Assembly (NCBI GenBank): GCA_963833985.1
Contig: CAWIAD010000002.1
Coordinates: 736,001-800,000 of the forward strand
Length of the DNA stretch: 64,000 bases
Direction: 5' to 3'
Source: an uncultured Planctomycetaceae bacterium
GTDB lineage: Bacteria; Planctomycetota; Planctomycetia; Isosphaerales; Isosphaeraceae
Below are positions 30,909 to 40,579 of the stretch, one piece after another (position 1 is the stretch's first letter; the number at the start of each line of letters is the position of its first letter). The notes under the pieces are model-generated. The model did not search any database, had not been told where the DNA came from, and saw nothing but the letters and a program-made list of their open reading frames with translations. Made by a program: the position numbers and the translations under genes.

Positions 30909-33207
30909 TCAAGGTTGTGGATTCGCTGCCGGCGCGGGGTTTGCTGAAGCCGGGGTCGGGGCTGCGGGCCGGAACGCCGGCGCGGCTCGACGGATCGATG
31001 ATTGCTGACTCTGTGATTGCAGTGCGGTGATGATCGTCCCCAGCGCGGCCCGGAGCTGGGGATCCTCTTCCGACTGGTATTCCGAGGCGAGGCGGGCCTC
31101 CTGGTTGGCCGTCACCGCGCACCGAAGCGCCGGATGCTGTGGGCGAGCTGCGAGACCGTCCCGCGGCGCAGCTCGGCCGGCTGCGACGGGTCGAGCACCA
31201 CGGCGGCCAGGCTGCGCTGGGCGTCCGGATGGGGCACATCCCCGAGCGCCAGTGCCGCCGCCAGACTGGTATCCGGCTGGTTCAAGGCAACGGTCAGCTC
31301 GGGCTCGACGGCATTCAGATCGGCCGCGAACGGGCTGGCGGGTTGCGCGGCGATCCGTGCCAGCAGTGCGGATGCTCCCAGGGCGTACACCGCGCGGTCC
31401 TGCGGGCTGAGCCGCGCCGGCCGGCCGCCGATCTGGCTCTCGAGGATGGCAGAGTCCGCCGGCTGCACCACGAACTTCACCCCCGGAAAGTGGACGGCCA
31501 GCCTGGCGCGGTCGCGCTCGTTGCTGAGCGGGCCGTAGATGTACACCGGCAAAGCCCTGGTTCGGGAATCGTGCTTTAAGTTGGTCAGGATATCGATCAG
31601 GTCCCAGCCGCCGTGTGCCTGGACAGGGCTCATCGCGACCACCTCGACATCAGCCGACTCGGCTGCGGCCTGAAAACCCTTGACGGCTTTGAGTTCGAGG
31701 ATCGGCTCATAGCCCAGCCCCATGAACGCGCCGGCAAGCTGTCCGCCGCGGGTCGGGTTGGGGTCGATGATCACGGCCTTGGGCGGGCGCTGCGCGATGG
31801 CAAACCGGGCCAGTGTGGGAACGACGTGGCTGGAGCCGGGGAAGGGCCGCCGGGGTGCCAGCTCCACGAGTGCCCTGGCGGCGGCGAACTTGGCGTGGGC
31901 TCCAGGCGCCGAGAGCGCCTCGACCAGCGGGTGGGGCCCGGCACTGCCGGAGAGCTGTTCCGGGCGCGTGACACGGCCCAGGGCGGTGGCCGACGCGGCC
32001 GCCAGCCCGTCCTTGCCGTCGCCGATGGCCTTGCGCAAGACCTCCGTGAGGACGGAGGGGCCGGCCGCAATGGCCGCGGCCAGTGCACCGTTGTCCTGAG
32101 TTCCCAGGCCACCGAGGCCGACGCGGGCGATGGCCTCCTGGAGTTTCAAGCTCGTCAGACAGGTGCGTGCGTCCAGCTTCTGGGGCTCCAGCAGGACGGC
32201 CTGCTGTGCCAGCCGCAGCGCAAGATACCGTTCGGCCTCGGCCCGATTCATGGGCCAGGGCGCCGGTACCTTGCGATCCGGATCCCAGACCCACACGGCC
32301 AGGGAATCGCCAGGGAACTCGATTTGATGACGGTGGTAGCTCCAGGCGGCGTCCAGCAGCACCTGCGCCGGGCTTCGCGGCTGGTCCGCGAACGGCCGCC
32401 CGGTCAGGCTGGCCACCGCGGACCGGGCCGCGCCGCGCACCGGGGCGGGGGCTCGAGTCGCAGCCGCGAAATAGGTCAGGAACGGGACGGCACGGGGATC
32501 GCCAATCGCGCCCACTGCCGTGGCCGCGTCGGCCGCCAGGGTCGCATCGGGACTGTCCAGAACGGCCAGGAGCGGGGGAACGGCGGACTGGTCAAGCCGG
32601 CCCAGGTTGCGTGCCATGAGGCTTCGCTGCTGGGCCGTGAGGGCCGGGTTCTGAAGCGCCTGGATCAGTAGCGGCACGGCGAAGGGCCCGGCCTCACGCA
32701 GCCGGTCGACGGCGTACGATTGCTCTTCCTCCGTACCGGTCAGCTCGGTCGCCCATCGGGAGATCCGCTCGGGCTGGGTCGCGTCGCGCCGGGCGGCCGT
32801 CATCAATCGCTCCACCAGAGGTTGCACGTACCGGCGAGTCTCCGGCTCATCGGCCAACCTCAAGAATGAGCCGGCGCCGTAGCGGTCGCGCAGCTCGACC
32901 AGGGTCGCGTCGTCCACCGGGCTCTTGATGAACGCCTCGAGGTAGGGGACGGCCTTGCGGCTCTGTCCGGTCCGCACCAGGTAATCGATCGCGCTCCAGA
33001 GCTCCGCCGGCGTGCGCGGCTCCTGCGCGAAGGATTCCGGCCCGGCGCCTGGGCATGCAGCGGACTGACCAGGATGAGATCAAGGCAGAGCGCCGTCAGC
33101 GGAAGAGCCACGCACAGCGCCGCGCCGGTCAGGCTGCGGTGCTGGACGTACCGGCTTGCCAGCGCCGCGGTGCGACGGTCGGGATCGTACAGGAGGCGTC
33201 GCCACAT
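30909..33207 (-). CDS. HEAT-repeat protein with a degenerate receiver-like segment (frameshifts near 33035 and 31118)
   Basis: Helical repeats AVPLLIQAL / AVPPLLAVL / DPRAVPFL; signal-like N-terminus in ORF 32860-33267, body in ORF 31112-32977, tail in ORF 30909-31115. Confidence 0.75.
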
Positions 33208-33295
33208 GGAACACTTCCGATCACGTTGGGGAGGCTGGTTCGTCCTGGTAGATCCGCCGGCATCCACTCTGCCGGGAAGTGGGGTTGTGCGGGGC

Positions 33296-34579
33296 TCAGA
33301 GCCCGAGTTCCTGGCTGACGAGGTCCTCGTAGGTCTCGCGACGGCGCACCAGCCGCAGCGCGCCGGCGGTGACGAGCACCTCGGCAGCGCGGGGGCGCGT
33401 GTTGTAATTGGAAGCCATCACCATGCCATAGGCCCCGGCGGAAAAGGTGGCGATCAGGTCGCCGCGTGCCAGCGGGGGCAGCGCCCTGTCCTTGGCCAGA
33501 AAGTCGCCGCTCTCGCAGACCGGTCCCACGACGTCCCAGGGTTCGGTGCCGTCCATGGCGGCCTCGTAGTCCTCAGGAGGGGCAGGCAGGCCGGGCGCGG
33601 CGAGCACCGGCCAGATTCGATGGAACGACTCGTACAGCGCCGGCCGGATCAGATCGTTCATGGCGGCGTCCTGGATCAGGAACCGCTTGTCTCCAGACTG
33701 CTTGGTATATAACACACGGCTGACCAGGATGCCCGCATTGCCGACGATGACTCGCCCCGGCTCGATGGCCAGGCGGCAGCCGGTCGCCTGCACACCCGGC
33801 ACAATCGCCCGGGCGAACTCGGCAACGGGCCGGGCCTCGTGGCCCCTGTAGGAAATCCCGAATCCACCGCCCATGTTGTACCACGCGATCGGATGCCCCA
33901 GTTTGCGCAGACGGCCAATCAGCTCGACCCCCTTGGCCACTGCGCCGGCGTAGGGCTCGGCGGTGGTGATCTGGGAGCCGATGTGCATGTGGATGCCAAT
34001 CATGCGGACGTTGCGCAGTGCCATGGCGGACTCGGCGACCCGCAATGAACGCTCGATGTCCATGCCGAACTTGGACTCTTTTTTCCCCGTTGAGATGTAC
34101 CGGTGCGTGCGCGGATCCACGTCCGGGTTGACCCGCAAGGCGACGTGCGCGACACGGTTCTGCGCGGCCGCGACGCGGGCGACGGCGTCGAGCTCGGCCT
34201 CGCTCTCGACGTTGAACATGAGCACGCCCGCCTCCAGCCCGGCGGCAATCTCGTCGTCGGTCTTGCCCACGCCGGCGAAGACGGTCCGGCCGGGGTCGCC
34301 ATCGGCCAGCTTCACGCGGTGCAGCTCGCCACCGGAAACAACGTCGAAGCCGCTTCCGTGGTCGGCCATGAGCCGCAGGATGCCCAGGTTCGAGTTCGCC
34401 TTCACCGAGTAGCAGACCAGCGGATCAACGGCCGCGAACGCCGCCCGCAGCGAGTCCAGCGTTTCCAGGATCGCTCTCTGGCTGTACACGTAGAGGGGCG
34501 TACCGAACCGGTCCGCCAGCTCGGCCACGGGGACGTCTTCGCAGTAAAGCTGCCGGTCGCGGTAGTGAAACGGTTCCAT
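33296..34579 (-). CDS. lysA: Diaminopimelate decarboxylase
   Basis: GTPLYVYS, YSVKANSN, DVVSGGE, SKFG, HIGSQ, EPGR, VGPVCESGD, GAYG..MASNYN. Confidence 0.98.
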   Translation of the reverse strand: MEPFHYRDRQLYCEDVPVAELADRFGTPLYVYSQRAILETLDSLRAAFAAVDPLVCYSVKANSNLGILRLMADHGSGFDVVSGGELHRVKLADGDPGRTVFAGVGKTDDEIAAGLEAGVLMFNVESEAELDAVARVAAAQNRVAHVALRVNPDVDPRTHRYISTGKKESKFGMDIERSLRVAESAMALRNVRMIGIHMHIGSQITTAEPYAGAVAKGVELIGRLRKLGHPIAWYNMGGGFGISYRGHEARPVAEFARAIVPGVQATGCRLAIEPGRVIVGNAGILVSRVLYTKQSGDKRFLIQDAAMNDLIRPALYESFHRIWPVLAAPGLPAPPEDYEAAMDGTEPWDVVGPVCESGDFLAKDRALPPLARGDLIATFSAGAYGMVMASNYNTRPRAAEVLVTAGALRLVRRRETYEDLVSQELGL

Positions 34580-34656
34580 GGGATCTCGGGGTAGGATGGT
34601 CTATTATGCGTCGAGCGCCGGTATTCCCGGCAGGATCTCGCCCTGGGCGTGAGCCG

Positions 34657-36069
34657 TCACTCTCCCAGCACCTCCCGCCAGTGCTGAAGCTGAATCGCAA
34701 CCTGCTCGGGTGCCGTCGATCCGTGCGACCGGAGGGCACGCACCGCGCTGGCAACGCCCAGACTACCGCGGGCATCCGGGCCCAGAACCGGATGGGCCGC
34801 TTGCAGGTCCGCATCGCTCAGGTCGGCCAGCCGCTTCAAGCCGAGGCGCTCGCACTGGCCCACCAGCCGGCCGATGATGGCGTGCGCGGAACGCTGCGGA
34901 ACGCCTTTCGCGATCAGGAATTCCATCAAGGCCGTCGCGTCCAGGAAGCCCTCGTCAAGGCGCTCGGCGATGCGCTCGGAATGAAGCCGAGCACCCGCCA
35001 CCACCACGGCCGCCAGAGCCACGCAGGACTCGACGGTATCGAAGGCGTCGAAGACCGGCTCCTTGTCTTCTTGAAGGTCGCGGTTGTAGGCCAGCGGCAG
35101 CCCCTTGATCAGGACCAGGAGGGTCGTGAGAGCGCCGACGACGCGTGCGGCCCGTCCCCGGATCAGCTCCAGCACGTCCGGATTCTTCTTCTGGGGCATG
35201 ATGCTGCTGCCGGTGCAGATGTGATCGGGCAGCGCGAGGAACCCGAACTCCTGGGTGCTCCAGAGGATCCATTCCTCGGCCCAGCCCGAAAGGTGCCCCG
35301 CGGTGAGGGTCAGTGCAAAGACGGCCTCGATGGCAAAGTCGCGATCGCTCACCAGGTCCAGGCTATTGGCCCCGACCGCATCGAAGCCCAGCTCCGCAGC
35401 CACCAGCCCGCGGTCGATCGGAAGGCTGGTTCCGGCCAGGGCCGCAGCGCCTAAAGGAAGAACATTCAACCGCTTGCGGCAGTCAGCCAGGCGGCCGCGA
35501 TCGCGCTGGAGCTTCTCCACGTAGGCCAGGAAATAATGGGCGGCCAGTACGGGCTGGGCGCGCTGCATGTGGGTGTAGCCGGGAATGATCAGCTCCGCAT
35601 GCCGCCGGGCCGCGGCCAGGAATGCCCGCTGGAGCTCGATCAGCCGGTTTTCCATCCGATCGATCGCGTCCCGGATCCAGAGCCTCAGATCGGTGGCGAC
35701 CTGATCGTTGCGGCTCCGCGCCGTGTGCAGCTTGCGGCCCACGTCGCCAAGTTTGTCGATCAAAGCCGCTTCGATGTGCATGTGCACATCTTCACGGTCC
35801 ACCGAGAAGACGAACGTGCCTGCCTCGATCTCGGCCTGGATTTCTGACAGAGCCCGCACAATTTGACAGCACTCGTCCGAGGAGATCAGTCCCACGCGCA
35901 TGAGCATCCGCGCGTGTGCCGCGGAGCCCTCGATATCATGCCTGAAGAGACGACGATCAAAGGAGATAGACTCTGTAAACTGGACCACGCGAAGGTCCGT
36001 TTCGGAGCTGAATCGACCACTCCAGGCCTTCTCCACCACGCAGGACGCTCCCTGAACCGGAAGACTCAT
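34657..36069 (-). CDS. argH: Argininosuccinate lyase
   Basis: WSGRF, EDVH, LHTARSRNDQ, PGYTHMQRAQP, GSSIMPQKKNPD, YNRDLQEDK. Confidence 0.98.
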   Translation of the reverse strand: MSLPVQGASCVVEKAWSGRFSSETDLRVVQFTESISFDRRLFRHDIEGSAAHARMLMRVGLISSDECCQIVRALSEIQAEIEAGTFVFSVDREDVHMHIEAALIDKLGDVGRKLHTARSRNDQVATDLRLWIRDAIDRMENRLIELQRAFLAAARRHAELIIPGYTHMQRAQPVLAAHYFLAYVEKLQRDRGRLADCRKRLNVLPLGAAALAGTSLPIDRGLVAAELGFDAVGANSLDLVSDRDFAIEAVFALTLTAGHLSGWAEEWILWSTQEFGFLALPDHICTGSSIMPQKKNPDVLELIRGRAARVVGALTTLLVLIKGLPLAYNRDLQEDKEPVFDAFDTVESCVALAAVVVAGARLHSERIAERLDEGFLDATALMEFLIAKGVPQRSAHAIIGRLVGQCERLGLKRLADLSDADLQAAHPVLGPDARGSLGVASAVRALRSHGSTAPEQVAIQLQHWREVLGE

Positions 36070-36341
36070 TGCGCAACCTTTTGGCAAATCTGACCTAGTT
36101 TAGGCACACATTTGGTCGATGTCAATTCACTGCAAAGGATTCGGCTGGGGGCGGACCGGCAGCCGGGTGATCCCACGAAACATAGAGTTTACCGCCGTCC
36201 CCCGGTTCGCTTAGGATGCTCGTATCGCGAAGAAAGTCGTGCCGCCCGGCTCTGTCGCCGGATGGGTGGGGTGGGGTGGGGATGCTTCCGCAAGCGGTCT
36301 GGGGGCGATCCCGCAGTGAGCTTGTGCCGAGGGAGGAAGTG

Positions 36342-36839
36342 GTGGCTGAACTCCAGGAAGACCTGAAATACGTGGACGGGCAGATCGAGGGGGTGGTGTT
36401 CCGTTCCCTCAAGTTCTTCAACGACAAGCGCGGCTGGCTGGTGGAGATCTTCCGCAACGATGAGCTGGAGCAGGAACGCTGGGCCACCATGATGTACGTG
36501 TCGTCGACGCTCCCGGGCGTGGCGCGCGGGCCTCACGAGCATGTGGACCAGACCGACGGCTTCGCGTTCATCGGGCCGTCGGACTTCCGGCTCTATCTCT
36601 GGGATGCCCGGCCCGACAGCAAGACCCGTGGCCATCGCTCGGTGACGACCGTGGGTGCATCCAACCCCTCCGCGGTCTGGATTCCGCCGGGTGTGGTGCA
36701 CGCCTATCGCAACGTGGGCGATGTTTCCGGCCTCGTCTTCAATGCACCGAACCGGCTTTACGCCGGCTGGGGCAAGAAGGAGCCGGTCGATGAGATCCGG
36801 CACGAGGACGCGGATCCGCCCCGGTTCCTGCTCGATTGA
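36342..36839 (+). CDS. dTDP-4-dehydrorhamnose 3,5-epimerase family (RmlC-like cupin)
   Basis: DKRGWLVEIFR, PGVARGPHEH, IPPGVVHAY; GGAGG RBS before GTG. Confidence 0.87.
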   Translation: MAELQEDLKYVDGQIEGVVFRSLKFFNDKRGWLVEIFRNDELEQERWATMMYVSSTLPGVARGPHEHVDQTDGFAFIGPSDFRLYLWDARPDSKTRGHRSVTTVGASNPSAVWIPPGVVHAYRNVGDVSGLVFNAPNRLYAGWGKKEPVDEIRHEDADPPRFLLD

Positions 36840-36866
36840 TTCCGCTCGCACTGAGCAACCACGACC

Positions 36867-37247
36867 ATGGACCAGCCACCGGATCGCCGCTTTCCCGAGC
36901 CCTGGCACGATCCCGAGTTCTCCGCGCCCCGGGGTGGAACCCAGAAGCCCACGGACCGGAACGCGCAAGGCGTCGAGGGCGGTGACGGTGACGGTGACAG
37001 GCGGGTTAGCCGGCGCAGGCGCATGAGCGGCTGGGCGGTGGGGATTGTCGGGTTACCAATCACGGCAGGGCTGGTCCTCAATCCGACGGTCGGCCCGCTG
37101 ATCGTCGGCGCCCTGGCGCTCTTCGCCATGGTCCTGCTCCTGGTGGCCGGCGCGATGGCCCTGGGAGTGATGGGAATGGGCCTGTTCGCGGTCGGCGACC
37201 GGATCATCGTGTGGCTTCGCCAGGGAAGCCGCTGGCCGGAAAAATGA
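36867..37247 (+). CDS. Small membrane protein
   Basis: 126-aa ORF with a long hydrophobic segment, fills the gap with coding-like codon usage. Confidence 0.65.
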   Translation: MDQPPDRRFPEPWHDPEFSAPRGGTQKPTDRNAQGVEGGDGDGDRRVSRRRRMSGWAVGIVGLPITAGLVLNPTVGPLIVGALALFAMVLLLVAGAMALGVMGMGLFAVGDRIIVWLRQGSRWPEK

Positions 37248-37262
37248 GCCGGAGGTTGGCGA

Positions 37263-37287
37263 CGGCCGTGCCTGCTTGACACGGCCG
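37263..37287. terminator. GC-rich hairpin between convergent genes
   Basis: CGGCCGTG-N9-CACGGCCG; no U-tract. Confidence 0.35.
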
Positions 37288-37339
37288 CGGCTTGCGCTGC
37301 CGGCTCGAAGCCAGTCGAAATCGATGCGAAGGAATCCGC

Positions 37340-37909
37340 TCAGGGCTGGGCGATGCCAATGACTCCCACCGCCACACGCCCACCGGCATTGCCGACAGGC
37401 TGGCTGTAGTCATCGGCCTTCTCGTGAACCACGAGGCCGCGGCCGATGATCGAGTGCGGGCCCTCGAAGGTGAGGTGCGGATCGACGAGGTCGATCGATG
37501 CGTTGCCGTTCGCGTTCGCCGTGATGTTGCCCAGATCGCCGACGTGCCGCATGGACCCTTCCTGCTTGCCGTGCTTTTGGGCCTCGGGGTTGAAGTGGCT
37601 GCCCGCCGCCTTGCCGTCCGGCGACCAGACGCCGAACTCGTGCACGTGGAACCCATGCTCGCCGGGGGTCAGGCCGGAAAGCTCGCCCTTGACTTGCATT
37701 CCGCTGTCGGTCCTGGTGAAGGTCACGCGCCCTTCAACCTTGTTCCCCTTGGTGGCCAGAAGGATTGCCACGGCCTTGGTGACCGTCGCACCCTTGGCGT
37801 GAGCCTTCTTCATTTCCTGGCGGGCCTCTGCGGGATTGTGCAATCCCGAGAGGGCGAGGCAGACCAGGAGACCCACCGCGAGGGCGGCCGCACCTTTCTT
37901 CAACGACAT
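37340..37909 (-). CDS. sodC: Periplasmic Cu/Zn superoxide dismutase
   Basis: Signal peptide; HGFHVHE, AGSHFNP, KHG, RHVGDLGNI, SIIGRGLVVHE..DD, GNAGGR. Confidence 0.95.
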   Translation of the reverse strand: MSLKKGAAALAVGLLVCLALSGLHNPAEARQEMKKAHAKGATVTKAVAILLATKGNKVEGRVTFTRTDSGMQVKGELSGLTPGEHGFHVHEFGVWSPDGKAAGSHFNPEAQKHGKQEGSMRHVGDLGNITANANGNASIDLVDPHLTFEGPHSIIGRGLVVHEKADDYSQPVGNAGGRVAVGVIGIAQP

Positions 37910-38258
37910 GTCCATTCTCCCCAGGTAATGATCTCTGAAATCTCTGTGCAGTGCACGCGCGAGGCTTGATGCCAGGCTAGCTGGACTCAGGTTGGCTCTC
38001 AAGAGTCTGCCTGCACCTGCGTGACCACTTTACGCGAAAGACGTCTGGAAAACGCCCGCACGCCCGCCAGGATTGACCCTTTTTCATCGAACCGGCCAAC
38101 TCGGGGCGGCACGGGCAGCTCATGGACAGGGGCTCAGTGCGCACGGATAATGCCAGGGGTTCCGAGGCTGCCACGTTCCCCAGCGCGTTCTCGGGCTTGA
38201 AGCCGCGCGTGGCCCGCTGAGGAGGGAGAACGAGAGCAGCCCCGGCCGGAACAGCAAG

Positions 38259-39492
38259 ATGGGTGAGCCGTCGTATCAATCCCCGGACTCGATCCTCGAA
38301 CGATGGCTGCTGCGGCACCAGCAGCGCCGGTGTGCCGGTGTACCAACGGTCTCGGTGCTGGCCGGCCGGCTGGAAGAGACGGTCCCCGGGCTGCGGGACT
38401 GGGCCTCGCGTACGAATCGAGGCATGGATTGCATCGAGGCCGATGCTCTCGATTTCGACGCCATGCTCTGGGCCTGGATTGATCGATTTGTCGCCGAGTT
38501 CGACCTCGTCGGCGAAGCGACAGCCTGGCTGTCCAGACAACTGGGCTGCTCGTCTCGCGAACTCGATGGCTCCCTCCGCGGCAGGAGTGGCGTGGAGCGG
38601 GCCATGTTCCTGGAGCGGACCTTGCCCGCGACGTCCCGCACCGGGGTGGAAGCCGCGTGCCGCTGGCTGCTGTCTCATGAGAGGCCAATGTCCGGGGCTC
38701 TATCCCGGAACGAGCTGGCGGCGGAGCTGGACTCCGGTCCGGGAGCCTTGCCGCAACCGTGGGCGCGACTGCTCATCGCGCTGGGGGCGTTGATCCCAGG
38801 CGCAACGGCAGCCGTTGCTGGCGATGGTCTGGCGGGAACGTGGGAACGCCCCGGAATCGGGCCGCGCGCTTTGCAGCCTCGCTCGTTGGTCTCTGAATCT
38901 GGCCACGGCACAGCCGGCCCTGGCGCTCGCGCTGCTGCTCGAACCGGCCGCCTGGAGCGCCTACCTCGAGCATGCTCCGCCATCTCGAATCAAGGCTCAG
39001 CTCCAGGAGTCGGCACTGCCGCGCATCGTCTGGTCTCCGGGAGCCACGGAGCCGAGCTTTCCCGAGGTCGGGCTGGAGCACCCCTTTCGCCTGGCGGAGG
39101 ATCGCTCTGCCGCGGATCCTGCCGATGCGGAAGCGGCGGACCGCGCACGCAGCGCGGCCGAACGATTGCTCTTCGAGCGGCTGGAATCGCTGCCCGAGAC
39201 GGCTGGCGTCTTCCAGCTCAATGCGACACTTGATTTTCACTTCGGTCCCCACCGGTCCATGGAAATCGATCTCGCCGCGCCCTCCTTGATGCTGGCGCTG
39301 GAAATTGACGGCTACTACCACTTCCAGGATGCCGGCTCCTACCGTCGCGATCGCCGCAAGGACCTGGAACTTCAGCAGCGTGGATACGTGGTGGTTCGCG
39401 TGCTCGCCGAGGACGTCGTGGGCCGGCTGGAAGAGGTTCTCGAGACAATCCGTGCGGCGGTCGCGTTCCGCAGGCACGAGGCACTCCGATGA
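38259..39492 (+). CDS. Protein with a C-terminal DUF559/Vsr-like endonuclease domain (frameshift near 38810)
   Basis: ARSAAERLLF, EIDL, LEIDGYYH, RRDRRKDLELQQRGYVVVR in ORF 38815; N-terminal part in ORF 38259. Confidence 0.82.
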
Positions 39493-39505
39493 AGGGGAAC
39501 GATCG

Positions 39506-40573
39506 ATGACCGAAGAACTGGACCTGCGCCCGATCGACTTGCTGGTTCTGACGCGGCTGCTGGCAACCGGCGAGAAGGGTGACACCGTGTCCGGCATCAG
39601 GAAGGACCTCGCACCCTTGCTGGAACATCGCTGGTCCGGCAACGTTTTGACCCAGGTCCTGGACCGCACCTTGATCAGGCTGTCCTCCCTGGGTCTCGTC
39701 ATACAGCGACCGGGCAAGACGAAGCGAGCCGCTCCGGGCGTGCTCCTGACCGAGGACGGCAGGCGAGAGGCACTGGCGGCCCTGAACGTCAGCGCGCTTC
39801 CCGCCAAGCCCAAGCCAACCTGGTCCGTCCTGAAGAAATCGCTGCTGGTGGCGCGGGCGCTGGGGCTGTCCGCGCCTGGCCCGGCTTTTGCCAAGGGCAC
39901 GGGGCTGAAGGCGGTCCTGTTGCGGCAGAAGTTCGGCCTGCCGCTGGGTGATTACCCCGACCTGAAGATCGTCAAGACCGAGCTGACCCGAACTCTCCTG
40001 GGGATGGGCCCGAAGGAGAAGATCACCCTGGATACCGTACAGGGGGCACTCTTTGGCCGGGAGCTGGGCGAGCGGCGGCCCGCCGACCCGAAAAAAGTGC
40101 TGGACCGGCTGGTTTCCAGGCATCTGGGTGCCCGCCGCGATGACGACAGGGAATGGCGTGAGGCCGTGCTTCGCGGGTGGATCGATGGGTCGGCTGATGG
40201 CCCTGCTGCGCAGGACTCCGCCACGCCCTCGACGCCGCGCACGGAACCGTCGCATGCCGCACGCGCCATGGACCTGGCGGCGTTCGCCCGCAGCACCAGG
40301 GCCGCGGCCGAGAAGTGTCCGACCGGGCGCTTCGGCGACGACAAGGTCTTCATCATTCACGTGTGGAACACGCTTCAGAGCCACGACGAGTTCCGCGGCA
40401 CTGATCTGGCTGGCTTCAAGCAGCGGCTCGCCGAGGCGAATAATGCCCGCCTTCTGGACCTGAGCCGGGCCGACCTGGTACAGGCCATGGACCCGGAGGA
40501 CGTGCGTCGCTCCGAGGTCACCTACGACAACGCCACCTTCCACTTCATCCGCCTCGGATCCGAAAGGCACTGA
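39506..40573 (+). CDS. Hypothetical basic protein, possibly with winged-helix domains
   Basis: AAGGGG RBS before ATG 39506; 355 aa; 13 bp after the nuclease stop and 6 bp before the ATPase start. Confidence 0.8.
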   Translation: MTEELDLRPIDLLVLTRLLATGEKGDTVSGIRKDLAPLLEHRWSGNVLTQVLDRTLIRLSSLGLVIQRPGKTKRAAPGVLLTEDGRREALAALNVSALPAKPKPTWSVLKKSLLVARALGLSAPGPAFAKGTGLKAVLLRQKFGLPLGDYPDLKIVKTELTRTLLGMGPKEKITLDTVQGALFGRELGERRPADPKKVLDRLVSRHLGARRDDDREWREAVLRGWIDGSADGPAAQDSATPSTPRTEPSHAARAMDLAAFARSTRAAAEKCPTGRFGDDKVFIIHVWNTLQSHDEFRGTDLAGFKQRLAEANNARLLDLSRADLVQAMDPEDVRRSEVTYDNATFHFIRLGSERH

Positions 40574-40579
40574 CCTCCC

